From: Spirochaetia bacterium
GTDB taxonomy: Bacteria; Spirochaetota; Spirochaetia; SZUA-6; Bin103
Direction of reading: 5' to 3'
Assembly: GCA_965203055.1 (NCBI GenBank)
Contig: OZ241863.1
Coordinates: 1,760,001 to 1,824,000, forward strand
Length of the DNA: 64,000 nt
The notes beneath the pieces were generated by a model. That model was not told the DNA's origin and did no database searches. It saw only the letters and a program-made list of their open reading frames with translations. The position numbers and the translations under genes are program-made. The stretch's first letter is position 1. Every line of letters starts with the position of its first letter. Below are positions 22,449 through 36,042 of this stretch, one piece after another.

Positions 22449-22955
22449 TCATTCCTCCCCAGCGGCGGGCTGCAGGTCGGCCAGCAGCTGTTCCTGTAAC
22501 GATAGCATGGGCTCATCTTCAGCGGGCGGGTCGGCGTGGTCCATGCCGCGCAGGTGCAGCACGCCATGCAGCAGCAGCCGGCGCAGCTCGCGCTCCGGCG
22601 CCTCGCCGCGCGCCGCCGCCTGCCGCGCCGCGACGTCCACGGCAATGACGACGTCGCCGGCCGCGGCCTGCGCCGCCGCGCCGCCGGCTCCGGGCGGCGC
22701 GGCGCCCTCGAGCTGGCCGAACGACAGCACGTCGGTGGGCGCGTCGACGCCGCGGTAGCGGCGGTTGAGGCCGCGCATCGCGGCGCCGTCGCAGAGCAGC
22801 ACCGACACCTCCACCGGCCAGCGCAGGCGCTCGAGCGCGCGGTTCCCGAATCGCTCCAGCGCCGCGCGCAGGCGCTCCGACCCGGGCGCCGCCGGGCGCC
22901 CGGCGCCGTTCCAGCGCACCTCGACGCGCGCCGGCGCCGGCCCCGAGGCCGTCAT
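22449..22955 (-). CDS. ybeY: Endoribonuclease YbeY
   Basis: LNRRYRG...PTDVLSF, HGVLHLRGMDH. Confidence 0.93.
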   Translation of the reverse strand: MTASGPAPARVEVRWNGAGRPAAPGSERLRAALERFGNRALERLRWPVEVSVLLCDGAAMRGLNRRYRGVDAPTDVLSFGQLEGAAPPGAGGAAAQAAAGDVVIAVDVAARQAAARGEAPERELRRLLLHGVLHLRGMDHADPPAEDEPMLSLQEQLLADLQPAAGEE

Positions 22956-23911
22956 GACGCGCCGCGCGGCTGCTCGGCCGCCTCGTAGGCCTGCACGATC
23001 TTGCGCACCAGCACGCTGCGTACGACGTCTTCCTGTCCCAGGTGCACGAAGCAGATCTCCTGCACCGGTGACAACACCGACATGATGTGGATCAGACCGG
23101 AATCCTGGCGGCGCGGCAGGTCGATCTGGGTGATGTCGCCGGTGATCACCGCCCGGCTGCCCTCGCCGAGGCGGGTGAGGAACATCTTCATCTGCTCGCG
23201 GGTGGTGTTCTGCGCCTCGTCCAGGATGACGTAGCTGTCGGCCAGCGTGCGCCCGCGCATGTAGGCCAGGGGAGCCACTTCGATGACCCGCGTCTCCTCC
23301 ATGCGCCGCACCGTGTCGCTTGCGACCAGCGCGTCCATCGCATCGTACAGCGGGCGCAGATAGGGGTCCACCTTCTGCGCCAGGTCGCCGGGCAGGAAGC
23401 CGAGACTCTCCCCCGCCTCCACCACCGGCCGGGTGACCACCAGGCGGCGCTTGCGGCGGGCGAGCACGGCCTGCAGCGCCGCGGCCACCGCCAGAAAGGT
23501 CTTGCCGGTGCCCGCCGGGCCGATCGCGACCACCAGCTCGCGGCGGGTCAACGCGTGCAGGTAGCGCCGCTGCCGGTCGCTACGGGCATAGATGCGGTTG
23601 CGGCCGCCGGGGATCAGGACCGGGGCATCGTCGACGGCGTCCGCCGCCGCCGGTCCGGTCACCGCGGCATGCGCCGCGGCGATGGCGAACCGATCCATGG
23701 CGCGCCCGGCGCCGGCCTGCTCGCGCAGCCAGTCGAGCATGGCGGCAAAGCGCCGCCGTTGGTCCGCATCCCCGGTGTCCAGCAGCAATTCGTTGCCGCG
23801 GCTGCGCACCGGTACCCCGAACAGTTCCTCGAACGCGCGCAGATTGGCGTCGTTGGGGCCGCACAGTTCGCGCAGAAAGCCGAGATTGGTGACGGCTACC
23901 GCCAAGGGCAA
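22952..23911 (-). CDS. phoH: PhoH-like ATPase
   Basis: GPAGTGKT, LGFLPGD, PLAYMRGRT, DEAQN. Confidence 0.95.
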   Translation of the reverse strand: MPLAVAVTNLGFLRELCGPNDANLRAFEELFGVPVRSRGNELLLDTGDADQRRRFAAMLDWLREQAGAGRAMDRFAIAAAHAAVTGPAAADAVDDAPVLIPGGRNRIYARSDRQRRYLHALTRRELVVAIGPAGTGKTFLAVAAALQAVLARRKRRLVVTRPVVEAGESLGFLPGDLAQKVDPYLRPLYDAMDALVASDTVRRMEETRVIEVAPLAYMRGRTLADSYVILDEAQNTTREQMKMFLTRLGEGSRAVITGDITQIDLPRRQDSGLIHIMSVLSPVQEICFVHLGQEDVVRSVLVRKIVQAYEAAEQPRGAS

Positions 23912-24052
23912 GCGCCGTCAGCCGCCCGACCGCTCACGGGAAGGGGGGTGCTGGGTAGACGTGAACGCCGATAACAGTGAACGGCAGCGTGCGCGATCGA
24001 CGCCGAACTGTCAACTGGCCGCAACGCGCCGGAAACGCGCCGGACAACCAGC

Positions 24053-27000
24053 TCATTCGTTGATCGAAAACGACTCGTCGTCGGCCTGCAGGCGGCTGCG
24101 AATCTCCGGCAACGGCAGCCACTGCACCACGATCGAGAACTCGGAGGACAGTTCCTCGCGCCCCTCCTTCTGCTGCGGGCGCGCCGTATACGCCACCGTC
24201 AGGTCCCAATCCTGCAGATGGTGGACCGCGCTCACGCTCACCTGTTCGAGCTTGAACCCGGACCCGCGGCGCAGCTCCGGGTTCCAGAAGGCAAACGACT
24301 CCCACAGATCCTGGAGCGGATTGAGCGGCTCCACCCCCTCCTCCCGCGCCCAATCGGGCAGGTAGCGGTAGGTGCGGTCGTTGCGCGACGAGACGCTGAA
24401 CGTCAGGTCGAGGAACTCGTGCACCTTGGCGGTAAGGTCGGTGCCGAAGGTGAATCGATTGTTCCGCGGCTCCCGGAAGCTGATCGTCCAGCCGGCCCGC
24501 GTCGCCAGCTCCAGTCGCACCCGGTTGCGCCATAGATAGGCGGGCCCATGGGTCTCGTCATAGCCGAGGCGCAATTGCCGCAGACTGAGCGGCTCGTCTG
24601 CGCCGCGTCCCAGGATCAGCGCTGCGCTGAAGCCGCCCAGCCCCAGCGAGCTGACGCTGCGCGTGACGCGCGCCGCCGGATCCAGCTCGATGCTGAACTG
24701 CTGCTGCAGCGACAATGGTTCCAAGGGCGTCACCCCGGCGCTGAGCTCGAGCGGACGTGGCTTCCAGTCGCCACATTCCAACAGCGTCGATTCTTCGGGG
24801 TCGTCGCGGCAGCGGAACCCGGTGCTCGCGCTGGCGGTAAGGCGGGCGGCGTTCAGCGCCAGGCTGGCGCTCAGATCGTGCGGCAGAGGCGGCAGATCGG
24901 CGCTCAGCGTAAGGCGCTGCGGGTGGTCCGCCACCTGCACTTCGGCCAGCGTCTGCAAGCGGTGGCTGGTCACCGCGTCGACGTCCCAGCCGCCCCATTC
25001 GGTGCGCAGCCGCCGGCCCAAGTCATCGTTGGGATCCTTGGGATAGTCGAGGCGCAGCAGGCGCAGACCGAGGTCGTAGGTCACCGCCGAGGCTTCCCAG
25101 GCCGGCGCCCCGCGCAGCGGCCGCAGCGAGACCTGATTGCTCAGGCTGACGGTGCTGGCGAACTGCCCCAGGGCCTCGTCGAGCAACCGCTCCCGTTCGT
25201 CGTCCGGCAGCGAGTCGGCGGTATGCAGCAGGTACTGCGTGACGACGTGGTGGCGCAGGCTGTTGTCGAGCCCCACTACCCCGCCGAACAGCTCGGCGTG
25301 ATGCTCCAGCAGCGCGGTGTTGGTCAGTTGCACGGTGGCGTGGCGCAGCGCGTCGTCCACCTCCGCGGCGGTGTTCCAGTCGTCGTGGTCGTGGGTGCCT
25401 TCCACGGTGGCGCCGGGGCGCAGCTCGTAGCGCAGCCGCGCCCCGTCGCCGGCGCGCCGCGCCGGCAGCAGGGACGGCTGCTGCGGCAGGGCCTCCGGTT
25501 CGCGCAACCGCGCGCGGCGCGCCCCGCCGGCGGCCGGCTCCTCCTCCTCCGCCGCCGGCGCGGGATCGGTCCCGGCCGCGCCGGTTCGCGGGCGCAATCC
25601 GCCGCCGGGCAGATCGGGCGCGGGTTCCGGTTCCGGCGCCGTCTGCGGCGCCGCGGGGCGCTGCCACAACGTGCCTCCGAGCTGCGCCAGCAGCGGCAGG
25701 CGGAGGGTCGCGGGATAGAAGAATTCGCGCGTCGGATCGTCTGCCGGCAGCGCTGCGGGAGGCGGGTCCGATTTCTTGCTGCGCCACAGCCAATGCACGC
25801 CCACGTTCTGCAGGTGAAGCTGATCGAGCGCGGGCGCGGCGCCGCCGGCGAGCAACGGCGCGAAGTCGGCGTTGGCGTCGAGCTCCCAGATCAGGTTGGA
25901 ACGGCGCGCCGGCTCCTCCTCCTCGCCGGCGCCGCCGAATCCGATCAGCGACGGCCAGTCGAAGCGCTCCTCGCGGTTGCCGAAGTCGCTCAGGAAGTCG
26001 GGGTCGGAGAACAGTTCCAGACGGCCGTTCAGCGAACCGGCGGGAAACGCCAGGCGGCCGGCCAGTTCCGCCCCGTAGCGCAGCGGGACCGTTACCCCGA
26101 ACAGGGAGGAATCATGCCACCGGGAGCGCCCGGCGGGGTCGGCGGGGTCGGAGGCCAGGTATCCGCCGTCGCCGGGGAGCTCCCAGATGCCGCGCGAACG
26201 CGCCACCGCGGCCTGAAACTCCACCGCGCCGTCCCCGGCCAGCGGCAACACCCCGGCGACGCCGGTGAACAGGCCGAGGCGCGCGTACAGGTCCAGCATC
26301 AGCTTCAGGTAGTGGTCGTCGGGCGGCGCTTCGCCCGCCACCTTGCGCAGGAACAGGCCGCGCACCTCCTCCCGATACTGCCCCGGATCGGTCAGGCTCA
26401 GCACCGACAGCGGTTCCTCGTCCGGGGGGCGGCGGCCGATCAGGTACAAGGTGGTATTCAGAAACAACCCCTCCCGGTCTCTCACCCCCAGCGCGGGATG
26501 GAACACCAGCTCGTCGCCGGGCAGGAAGAAGAACGGCAGATAGAGCACCGGCACCTCACCCACGAACAAGGTGGCCCGCTCCAGCGCCCACTCGCCCGGG
26601 GCCAGCAGCCACATGCGGTGGGCGCGCAGCTCGTAGTTGGGCAGGCTCGGATCAGGGCTGGAGGTCACCCGCGCCCCATCCAGGATGATGGTGCCGTCGC
26701 CGAGGCGGGTAATCGTGTCGCCGGCGAAGCTGAACACCAGCGGGCCGGCCGCGCCCTGGCGCCGGTGGCGGGTGAAGCCGTCCACGAACACCACCTTGGA
26801 GGAGGCCAGGTCGAACGCCATGCTCGCCGCGCTCACCTCCTGCGGCTCGCCGCCGGCGGCGGACACCCGATACTCGACGCCGCCGCGCGCGGAGAGCAGT
26901 TCCTCCACCTGTTGATAGATCACTTCGTCGGCGCGGATCAGGTGCTCGGTGTCATCCTCCGCCTCCCGTACGGCCAGTTCCACGCCGCCGCGCAGGACGA

Positions 27001-27430
27001 GGGAGCGCGCGCCGGTCACGGCGTTGGCGCGGTACTCGGCATGGGCGGCCTGCCGCACCGCGACCGTCTGCTCCGGAGGCGGCGCCGGCGGCGCGGCTTC
27101 CGGCAGGGCGTAGAAGCGCCGCAACCGGGTCTGCAGGTCCTGCCGGCTGCCGGCGTCGTCGAGGCCCAGGCGGCGCGCTTCGGCGCGCAGCTCGGCGTCA
27201 TCGGCGCCGGCGATGTCGTCGGCCAGGGTGGCGCGCAGCAGCTCCTGCGCCGCCGGCGACGCCGCCCGCGCCGCGCCCGACGGGGCCGGGGGCGGCCGGG
27301 GGCCGCCGGAGATGCCGCCCGGCTCCGGGGCCAGGTCGGCGGTGACCGCTTCCTGCCCGCCCTGCTCCTCCGGCGGACCGGTCTGGGCCACCGCCGCGGC
27401 GACCGCCGCGGCCGCGAAGAGCGCCCGCAA
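24053..27430 (-). CDS. LptD-like large outer-membrane protein (spirochaete type); start uncertain
   Basis: 3' part of the 1713-aa ORF: signal-like LRALFAAAAVAAAVA, then LLAPGEWAL..A.LFVGEVPVLYLPFF and a C-terminal beta-strand region with HHLQDWDL; downstream of uvrA. Confidence 0.72.
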   Translation of the reverse strand: MRALFAAAAVAAAVAQTGPPEEQGGQEAVTADLAPEPGGISGGPRPPPAPSGAARAASPAAQELLRATLADDIAGADDAELRAEARRLGLDDAGSRQDLQTRLRRFYALPEAAPPAPPPEQTVAVRQAAHAEYRANAVTGARSLVLRGGVELAVREAEDDTEHLIRADEVIYQQVEELLSARGGVEYRVSAAGGEPQEVSAASMAFDLASSKVVFVDGFTRHRRQGAAGPLVFSFAGDTITRLGDGTIILDGARVTSSPDPSLPNYELRAHRMWLLAPGEWALERATLFVGEVPVLYLPFFFLPGDELVFHPALGVRDREGLFLNTTLYLIGRRPPDEEPLSVLSLTDPGQYREEVRGLFLRKVAGEAPPDDHYLKLMLDLYARLGLFTGVAGVLPLAGDGAVEFQAAVARSRGIWELPGDGGYLASDPADPAGRSRWHDSSLFGVTVPLRYGAELAGRLAFPAGSLNGRLELFSDPDFLSDFGNREERFDWPSLIGFGGAGEEEEPARRSNLIWELDANADFAPLLAGGAAPALDQLHLQNVGVHWLWRSKKSDPPPAALPADDPTREFFYPATLRLPLLAQLGGTLWQRPAAPQTAPEPEPAPDLPGGGLRPRTGAAGTDPAPAAEEEEPAAGGARRARLREPEALPQQPSLLPARRAGDGARLRYELRPGATVEGTHDHDDWNTAAEVDDALRHATVQLTNTALLEHHAELFGGVVGLDNSLRHHVVTQYLLHTADSLPDDERERLLDEALGQFASTVSLSNQVSLRPLRGAPAWEASAVTYDLGLRLLRLDYPKDPNDDLGRRLRTEWGGWDVDAVTSHRLQTLAEVQVADHPQRLTLSADLPPLPHDLSASLALNAARLTASASTGFRCRDDPEESTLLECGDWKPRPLELSAGVTPLEPLSLQQQFSIELDPAARVTRSVSSLGLGGFSAALILGRGADEPLSLRQLRLGYDETHGPAYLWRNRVRLELATRAGWTISFREPRNNRFTFGTDLTAKVHEFLDLTFSVSSRNDRTYRYLPDWAREEGVEPLNPLQDLWESFAFWNPELRRGSGFKLEQVSVSAVHHLQDWDLTVAYTARPQQKEGREELSSEFSIVVQWLPLPEIRSRLQADDESFSINE

Positions 27431-27534
27431 CGGCGCCGCGCGCGGGCGCGGCGCGGCCCACCGCCGCCGGCCGGCGGCGCGCGCCCCCGGCCGGCCGCCA
27501 GCGCCCGCCGCGCTCCGGGCCGGGGCGCGCTTGC

Positions 27535-30548
<3,014 letters not shown>

Positions 30549-30552
<4 letters not shown>

Positions 30553-33002
30553 GCCAGTCTCACCACGGTCTTGCCGGCGCCGCCCGCCTGCGGAGCGGCA
30601 AGGGCGAAGCCGACCACGTCACGGCGCCGCTCAAGATACTGGTGGATGCCGTGGCGGAGAACACCTTCGCCGGTGCCGTGCAGGATGGTGAACTGGTGCA
30701 GCCCGCCGAGCAGCGCGCCGTCGAGTTGGCGCTCCACCTGCGCCAGCGCCTCGCGCAGGCGCAGCCCGCGCACGTTGAGCTCCAGCCGCGGGCGCGGCGC
30801 CGCGGCCGTCACCTCCACCGGCGGGGGCCGCGGCGGGGCCGGTGCGCGCCCGGCCGCTTCCGGCTGGCCCAGGAGCTGCAGCTCGGACGCGCGGAAGGTA
30901 CCGCGTACGCTGCCGGTCGCCACCACCCAGGCGCCGCGGCGGGCGGCCCGCAGCACGACGCCCTCGCCGCCGCCGGCGGCGAGGCGCACGCGCGCCCCCG
31001 GCGCCAGCGCGCCGCCGGGCGCCGGCGCGGGGGCGGGCGCGGGTGAGGCGGCGGCGGGCGCCGCGGGCACGCTACCGGCGGCGGCCGGGGCGGAGCCGGG
31101 GGCGGCCGCAGCCCGCGCCGCAGCCCGCGCCGCAGCCTGCTCCACCACCGCGCGGGCCGCGGCGGCCGCGCTGCGCCAGCCGTCTCCGTCCCCGTTCGCG
31201 CCGCGGCCGCGCTCGCGCAGCTCGCGGATGGCCGCCTCCAGTTGCTGCCGGCCGCGGCGCAGGAAGACGCGTAGCTCGCGCCCCTCCGCGGCTTGCAGGT
31301 CGCGTTCCCGCGCCGCCAGCTCGGCTTCCCGCGCCGCCGTGTCCCGCAGCCGGCGCTCCAGCTCCGCCTGCGCCTGCGCCTGCTCCTCGGCCGCGCCGCG
31401 CAGCTCGTGCTGGCGCGCCGTCAGCGAGCGAATGATCTCGCCGGCGTCGCTGCGCCCCTCGGCCAGGTAGCCGCGCGCGGCGGCGATGACCGGCGCCGGC
31501 ATCCCCTGCCGGCGGGCGATCTCCAGCGCGTGGCTTTCGCCGGGAATGCCCGGCAGCAACCGGTAGGTGGGGCGCAGCGACTGCAGATCGAACTCCATGG
31601 CGGCGTTCTCCACCGCCGGGTTGGCGTAGCCGTAGTTCTTGAGCGCGCCGTGATGGGTGGAAGCGGCCGCCAGCGCGCCGCGCTCGATGAGGCTGTCCAG
31701 CACCGCCATCGCCAGCGTCACCCCTTCCTCGGGGTCGGTGCCGGCGCCCAGCTCGTCGAGCAGCACCAGGGAACGCTCGCCGGCCGCGGTCAGGATGTGG
31801 GCCAACTGCCGCACGTGGCCGGAGAAAGTGGACAGCGATTGCGCGATCGACTGCTCGTCGCCGATGTCGCACAGCACCTGATCGAACAGCGGCAGCGCGC
31901 TGCCGGCAGCCGCCGGCACCTCCATTCCGAACTGATTCATCAACGCCAGCAGGCCCGCGGTCTTCAACGCCAGCGTCTTGCCGCCGGTGTTGGGCCCGGT
32001 GATGATCAGCACCCGGCGCGCGCCGCCCCAGCGCAGGTCGATCGGCACCGCGGCAGGGCCGAGCAGCGGGTGGCGCGCGGCGCGCAGGTCGATCTCCCCG
32101 GAGCGGCGCTGCAGCGGCGCGCAGCGGTGCAGGCGGGCATAGCGGGCGCGCGCGTAGCGGGCGTCGTAGCGGGCGACCGCGGCCACCGCGGCGCGCACCT
32201 CCGGCGCGCGCGCGGCGACGCGGGCGGTAAGCTCGCGCATGATGCGGCGCAGCTCACGCCGGTAGGCCAGTTCCTCCGCGGCCACGCGATGGCCGGCGCG
32301 CACGCTCTCCTCCGGTTCGACGAACACCGTGGCGCCGCTGGCGGACACTTCGTGCACCACGCCGCGGATGCGGGCCTGCTGGCCGGCCTTTACCGGCAGC
32401 ACGGTCCGCCCGCCGCGCTCGGTGGCGCGGTCGCCGTTGAGCAGCGGGCGGAACTCCGGCGAGGCAAGGTAGCGCCGCGCCGCCAGGTCCACTGCCCGCT
32501 CCAGGCGGCGGATGCGGCTGCGAATCGCGGCCAGGGAAGGAATCTGCCGTTCGCGGATGGCGCCGTCCGGCTCCACTACCCGGAAGATCTCCGCCGGCAG
32601 TTCCGCTACCCCGTCGGCCGCGGCCAGCAGCGGCGCAATGCGGTCCATGGCCGGATCGTTGCGCCCGCGCGGCCGCAGCGCCCGGCGCAGGACGCCGGCG
32701 GTGCGCAGGAAGCGTCCCAGGCGCGCCGCCGCGTCCGGCTCCAGCACCGCCCCCGCCTTGGCCAGCGCCGGCAGCGCGTCGGCCACCTCCGGCAGGTCGG
32801 CTTCCGGCGGCAGCCGGTCGGCCTCCAGCAGCGCGCGCAGGGCGCCCACCTCGCCTTGCAACTCGGCGTGGGCCGCGGCGTCGCAGACGAACTGCTCCCC
32901 GGCGAGGCAGGCGGCGCCGGCCGGCGACAGGCACAGCTCGGCCAGCTCGGCGCGCACCGCGGCGAACTCCAGGAGGGTGAGCGCGTGCTGATCCATCGGC
33001 AT
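30549..33002 (-). CDS. mutS2: MutS2 family protein with C-terminal Smr domain
   Basis: [35 protein letters not shown], Smr HGTGEGVL. Confidence 0.95.
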
Positions 33003-33004
33003 GC

Positions 33005-33949
33005 TCAGCGGCGCTCGGCGGCGGCCTGCTGCAGCTCGCCGAGGATGCGGCGGTAGCCGAGGTAGCGGTCGCGCAGGATGTCGCCGCGCGCCAGCGCCGC
33101 GCGCACCGCGCAGCCCGGCTCGCCGGCGCACAGGCAGCCGGGGAACTCGCACTGCTCGACGAAGGGCAGGAAGTCGCGGTACCACAGCCGCAACTCGTGG
33201 GGCTTGATGTCGCTGATCTCCAGCTCGCGAATGCCGGGCGTGTCGACCGCCAGCACGTCCCCGGCGGCGGCCACCAGTTCGCCGTAGCGGGTGGTATGCG
33301 CGCCGCGGTCGTACTTGCGCGACAGCTTCCCCTCGGCGCGCCGCAGGGCGGGATCCAGCCGGTTCAGCAGCGCCGACTTGCCGACGCCCGAATGCCCTGC
33401 CAGCACCGGCAGCGCGGCCGCGGCCAGCAACCGGCGCAGTTCCGCCAGACCGCGCCCGGCCGCCGCCGAGCAGGTCACCACCTCGTAGCCCATGGCCCGG
33501 TAGCCGGCCAGCCGCCGGTCGATCGCCGGGCTGCTGCCCAGGTCGCGCTTGTTGATCACCAGCGCGGGGGCGGCACCGCCCAGCTCCGCGCACAGCAGCA
33601 GGCGGTCGAGAAACCGGGGCCGAAACGGCGGCGCCGCGAACGAACCGACAGCCAGCAGCCGATCCACGTTGGCGGCGATGGTCTGCGGCGCCTGCCGCTT
33701 CCGGTTCCAGCGCCGAATCGCCGAGGTGCGCGCGCGCCGCTCCAAAATCCAGCCCTGGCGCGGCGCCCCGGCCTCGAGCGAGATGGTAACCCAGTCGCCG
33801 GGCGCCAGCGGGTTGTAGGCCGCGTCCGACAGCCGCTGCTTGCCGCCCAGCACCTTGCCCATGATGCGGCACTCCACGACCGCCTCCGCCACCCGCACGC
33901 GATAGATGTTGTTGATGCCACTGGCCACCTGCCCCAGCACGGCCCGCAT
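33005..33949 (-). CDS. rsgA: Ribosome small-subunit-dependent GTPase A
   Basis: NKRD, GHSGVGKS, HTT, DTPG, CxFxxC..EPGC. Confidence 0.95.
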   Translation of the reverse strand: MRAVLGQVASGINNIYRVRVAEAVVECRIMGKVLGGKQRLSDAAYNPLAPGDWVTISLEAGAPRQGWILERRARTSAIRRWNRKRQAPQTIAANVDRLLAVGSFAAPPFRPRFLDRLLLCAELGGAAPALVINKRDLGSSPAIDRRLAGYRAMGYEVVTCSAAAGRGLAELRRLLAAAALPVLAGHSGVGKSALLNRLDPALRRAEGKLSRKYDRGAHTTRYGELVAAAGDVLAVDTPGIRELEISDIKPHELRLWYRDFLPFVEQCEFPGCLCAGEPGCAVRAALARGDILRDRYLGYRRILGELQQAAAERR

Positions 33950-34051
33950 GATAGGGCAAGTGCCGGCCGCTGCCCAACCCGCCCCCGGCAGGTCACCGCG
34001 AAGCGGCGGGCCGCGCCCGGTACGCCGGCGCGGGCGGCACGGGCGGCGAAT

Positions 34052-34201
34052 CTAATCTACCGGTCCGTCCGGACGGGGCTCTGCTGCCTCCTGATTACGA
34101 GGGGGAGGCGGTGACGGCGGCGGTGGCGGCGGGGGTCGTGACACGGGAGGCCGCGGAGGGGTACCGCGCTTCTCCGACGCTCCCTCCTTACGCGGCGGCA
34201 T
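34052..34201 (-). CDS. Putative 49-aa proline-rich microprotein
   Basis: GAGGAGG then ATG at 34201; MPPRKEGASEKRGTPPRPPVSRPPPPPPPSPPPPRNQEAAEPRPDGPVD*; overlaps the end of the upstream gene. Confidence 0.45.
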   Translation of the reverse strand: MPPRKEGASEKRGTPPRPPVSRPPPPPPPSPPPPRNQEAAEPRPDGPVD

Positions 34202-34685
34202 ATTCCTCCTCGATCACCTGATAGGTTTCCTCCGCGCAGGCTTTGTTCAGCGCGTCGTCGATACGGACTCCTACGCTTTCCGGCCGGGCCGTTACCCGGT
34301 CGATCTCTCGGCCCAGCTCCTCCAACTTCGACCTCGCCTGAAGGTCATCCAGTCGATCCCGGTTGAGGAACAATGCCCGGGTCTCCGTTTCAAGCTCCTG
34401 GCAGCGCTCGCTGACCAAGCGGACCACCGCCAACTTCTGAGCATGATTGTCAACCATCATCCAGACGGCCAGCAAGGCGACGGCCGCGCTGGTGACCAGC
34501 TCCACGGCCGGCGGAACAATGTTCAACAGCGACACCGCGGCGCTGGTGGCGAAGAACCCCAACGCCAGCGTCCGCAGACTGTGCCGACCAGTCATCCGCG
34601 AGGCGAGTCTGCCGTAGTACCGCGTCAATCGGTTGCTGTCCAGGAGCAGGCTCCACACGCGATCCTGCGTTTCCTTCGATACCAT
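34188..34685 (-). CDS. Two-TM protein, SLATT-domain-like
   Basis: N-terminal helix (RYY), two adjacent TM segments, helical cytoplasmic tail. Confidence 0.6.
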   Translation of the reverse strand: MVSKETQDRVWSLLLDSNRLTRYYGRLASRMTGRHSLRTLALGFFATSAAVSLLNIVPPAVELVTSAAVALLAVWMMVDNHAQKLAVVRLVSERCQELETETRALFLNRDRLDDLQARSKLEELGREIDRVTARPESVGVRIDDALNKACAEETYQVIEEEYAAA

Positions 34686-34768
34686 AGTGCTTCCCCTACA
34701 GCATCAATCATGCTTGGCCGCCTCGGGCATCGTCAAGGGATCGCGGCGCCAAGCCGGTGGTCGCTGGA

Positions 34769-36013
34769 TCATCTGCCGGCGGCCAGGCGCAGCTCGCCCG
34801 AGATCAGCTTCGGCAGCAGCGCGTCCCGCTGCGCCGTCAGGTTGCGGCATGCCTGCTGGTTCGCCAGGATGCGTGCCAGGTACGGAGACACCAGGTCGTC
34901 GAACATGACCGCGACTCTCGCGGGAGGAATGATCGTCGTTGCGACCGCGAACGTCTCCCGCGTTATCGTGTCGAAGATCGTACCGTGGGTCAGGCCGGAC
35001 AGCTCCTTGAGCGACCTTTTCAGGTTCCAGTAGGTGAAGAAATCCGGGTAGCCGTCACGTCCGCGAATCCCGTAGCAAGTCTGGTTCATGGCCATGGGAA
35101 CGCCCAGGCAGGCGATCTTGCCGACCGTGCCTCGCGCCGTGATCACCGTCGTCCGCGCCGGAAGAATCCGCGTGGAGCAATGGGCAACGCCCAGATCGGA
35201 TATGGTCCGCTCGGTGTCGATCGCGAACACGCCGTTGAACGACGGCGCGTCCTTTGCAGTGAACCAGGGAATACCGCCGTCCCAATACTCCGGCACCGAG
35301 GTTCGGGGCGTGCCGCCGTTGATGATCTCGATGACCTCCGCCAAGGCGCCAACCTGCCAACCGTCAGGCACAGGCACCGGTACGTTGGCGCCGCGGTTCG
35401 TCATCACGAAGCGGTCCGGGAACAGATCGGAGACGTGCTTGGGCAAGCCGGTAGCGCGGCCCTCCATCCTGGCGCGCACCGGCTCGAAGTCGACGAACCA
35501 CGACTTGAACAGCGCCCGCGCCATCGCCGCCAACGTTTCGTTCATGCGCCGGTTCAGCTCGATCCTGTCGTCCAGCGCGCCAAGCACGCGCCCGATTTCA
35601 CGTTGTTCGGAAACACGCTTCGGGAGCCGAACAATTTCCTGGTGCAAGTGATTCCGGTTCACTCCCGGTACCGCGGCCTTGTCCGAGTAGGACGAAAAGC
35701 GCACGCACTCCAGCAGATAGCTGATGAACCGGGGGTCATTGCCCTTGAAGTCCCGTACGTACAACGCCGTGTTGTGCGGCCAGTACTCGCCGGGGAGGTA
35801 GAAGACGCGCCCGAGCGTGCCGGTACGACCTGTTACCACGCCCGGCCCCGGCACTTTACCTTCCGCGTGGTAGTCGATGATCCCCGATGACGAAACGACA
35901 GGGATCGAACCGGCTACCCGCACTGCTGCCGGCAGGTCGTAACCACGCTTCAGCTCGATCACGCGGCCAAGCATGGTCTCCATCCAACCGCCGCCACGCA
36001 GCTTCTCATTCAA
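34769..36013 (-). CDS. hsdS: Type I restriction-modification specificity subunit (orphan in this window)
   Basis: Two TRDs (ELKRGYDLP; GGTP..PEYW.GGIPW), conserved EQREI..VL.ALDDRIELN and RDALLPKLISGELR. Start may be ATG 35983. Confidence 0.93.
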   Translation of the reverse strand: MNEKLRGGGWMETMLGRVIELKRGYDLPAAVRVAGSIPVVSSSGIIDYHAEGKVPGPGVVTGRTGTLGRVFYLPGEYWPHNTALYVRDFKGNDPRFISYLLECVRFSSYSDKAAVPGVNRNHLHQEIVRLPKRVSEQREIGRVLGALDDRIELNRRMNETLAAMARALFKSWFVDFEPVRARMEGRATGLPKHVSDLFPDRFVMTNRGANVPVPVPDGWQVGALAEVIEIINGGTPRTSVPEYWDGGIPWFTAKDAPSFNGVFAIDTERTISDLGVAHCSTRILPARTTVITARGTVGKIACLGVPMAMNQTCYGIRGRDGYPDFFTYWNLKRSLKELSGLTHGTIFDTITRETFAVATTIIPPARVAVMFDDLVSPYLARILANQQACRNLTAQRDALLPKLISGELRLAAGR

Positions 36014-36042
36014 GATCTAATCCAACCCCGGGTGGTCGGCCT

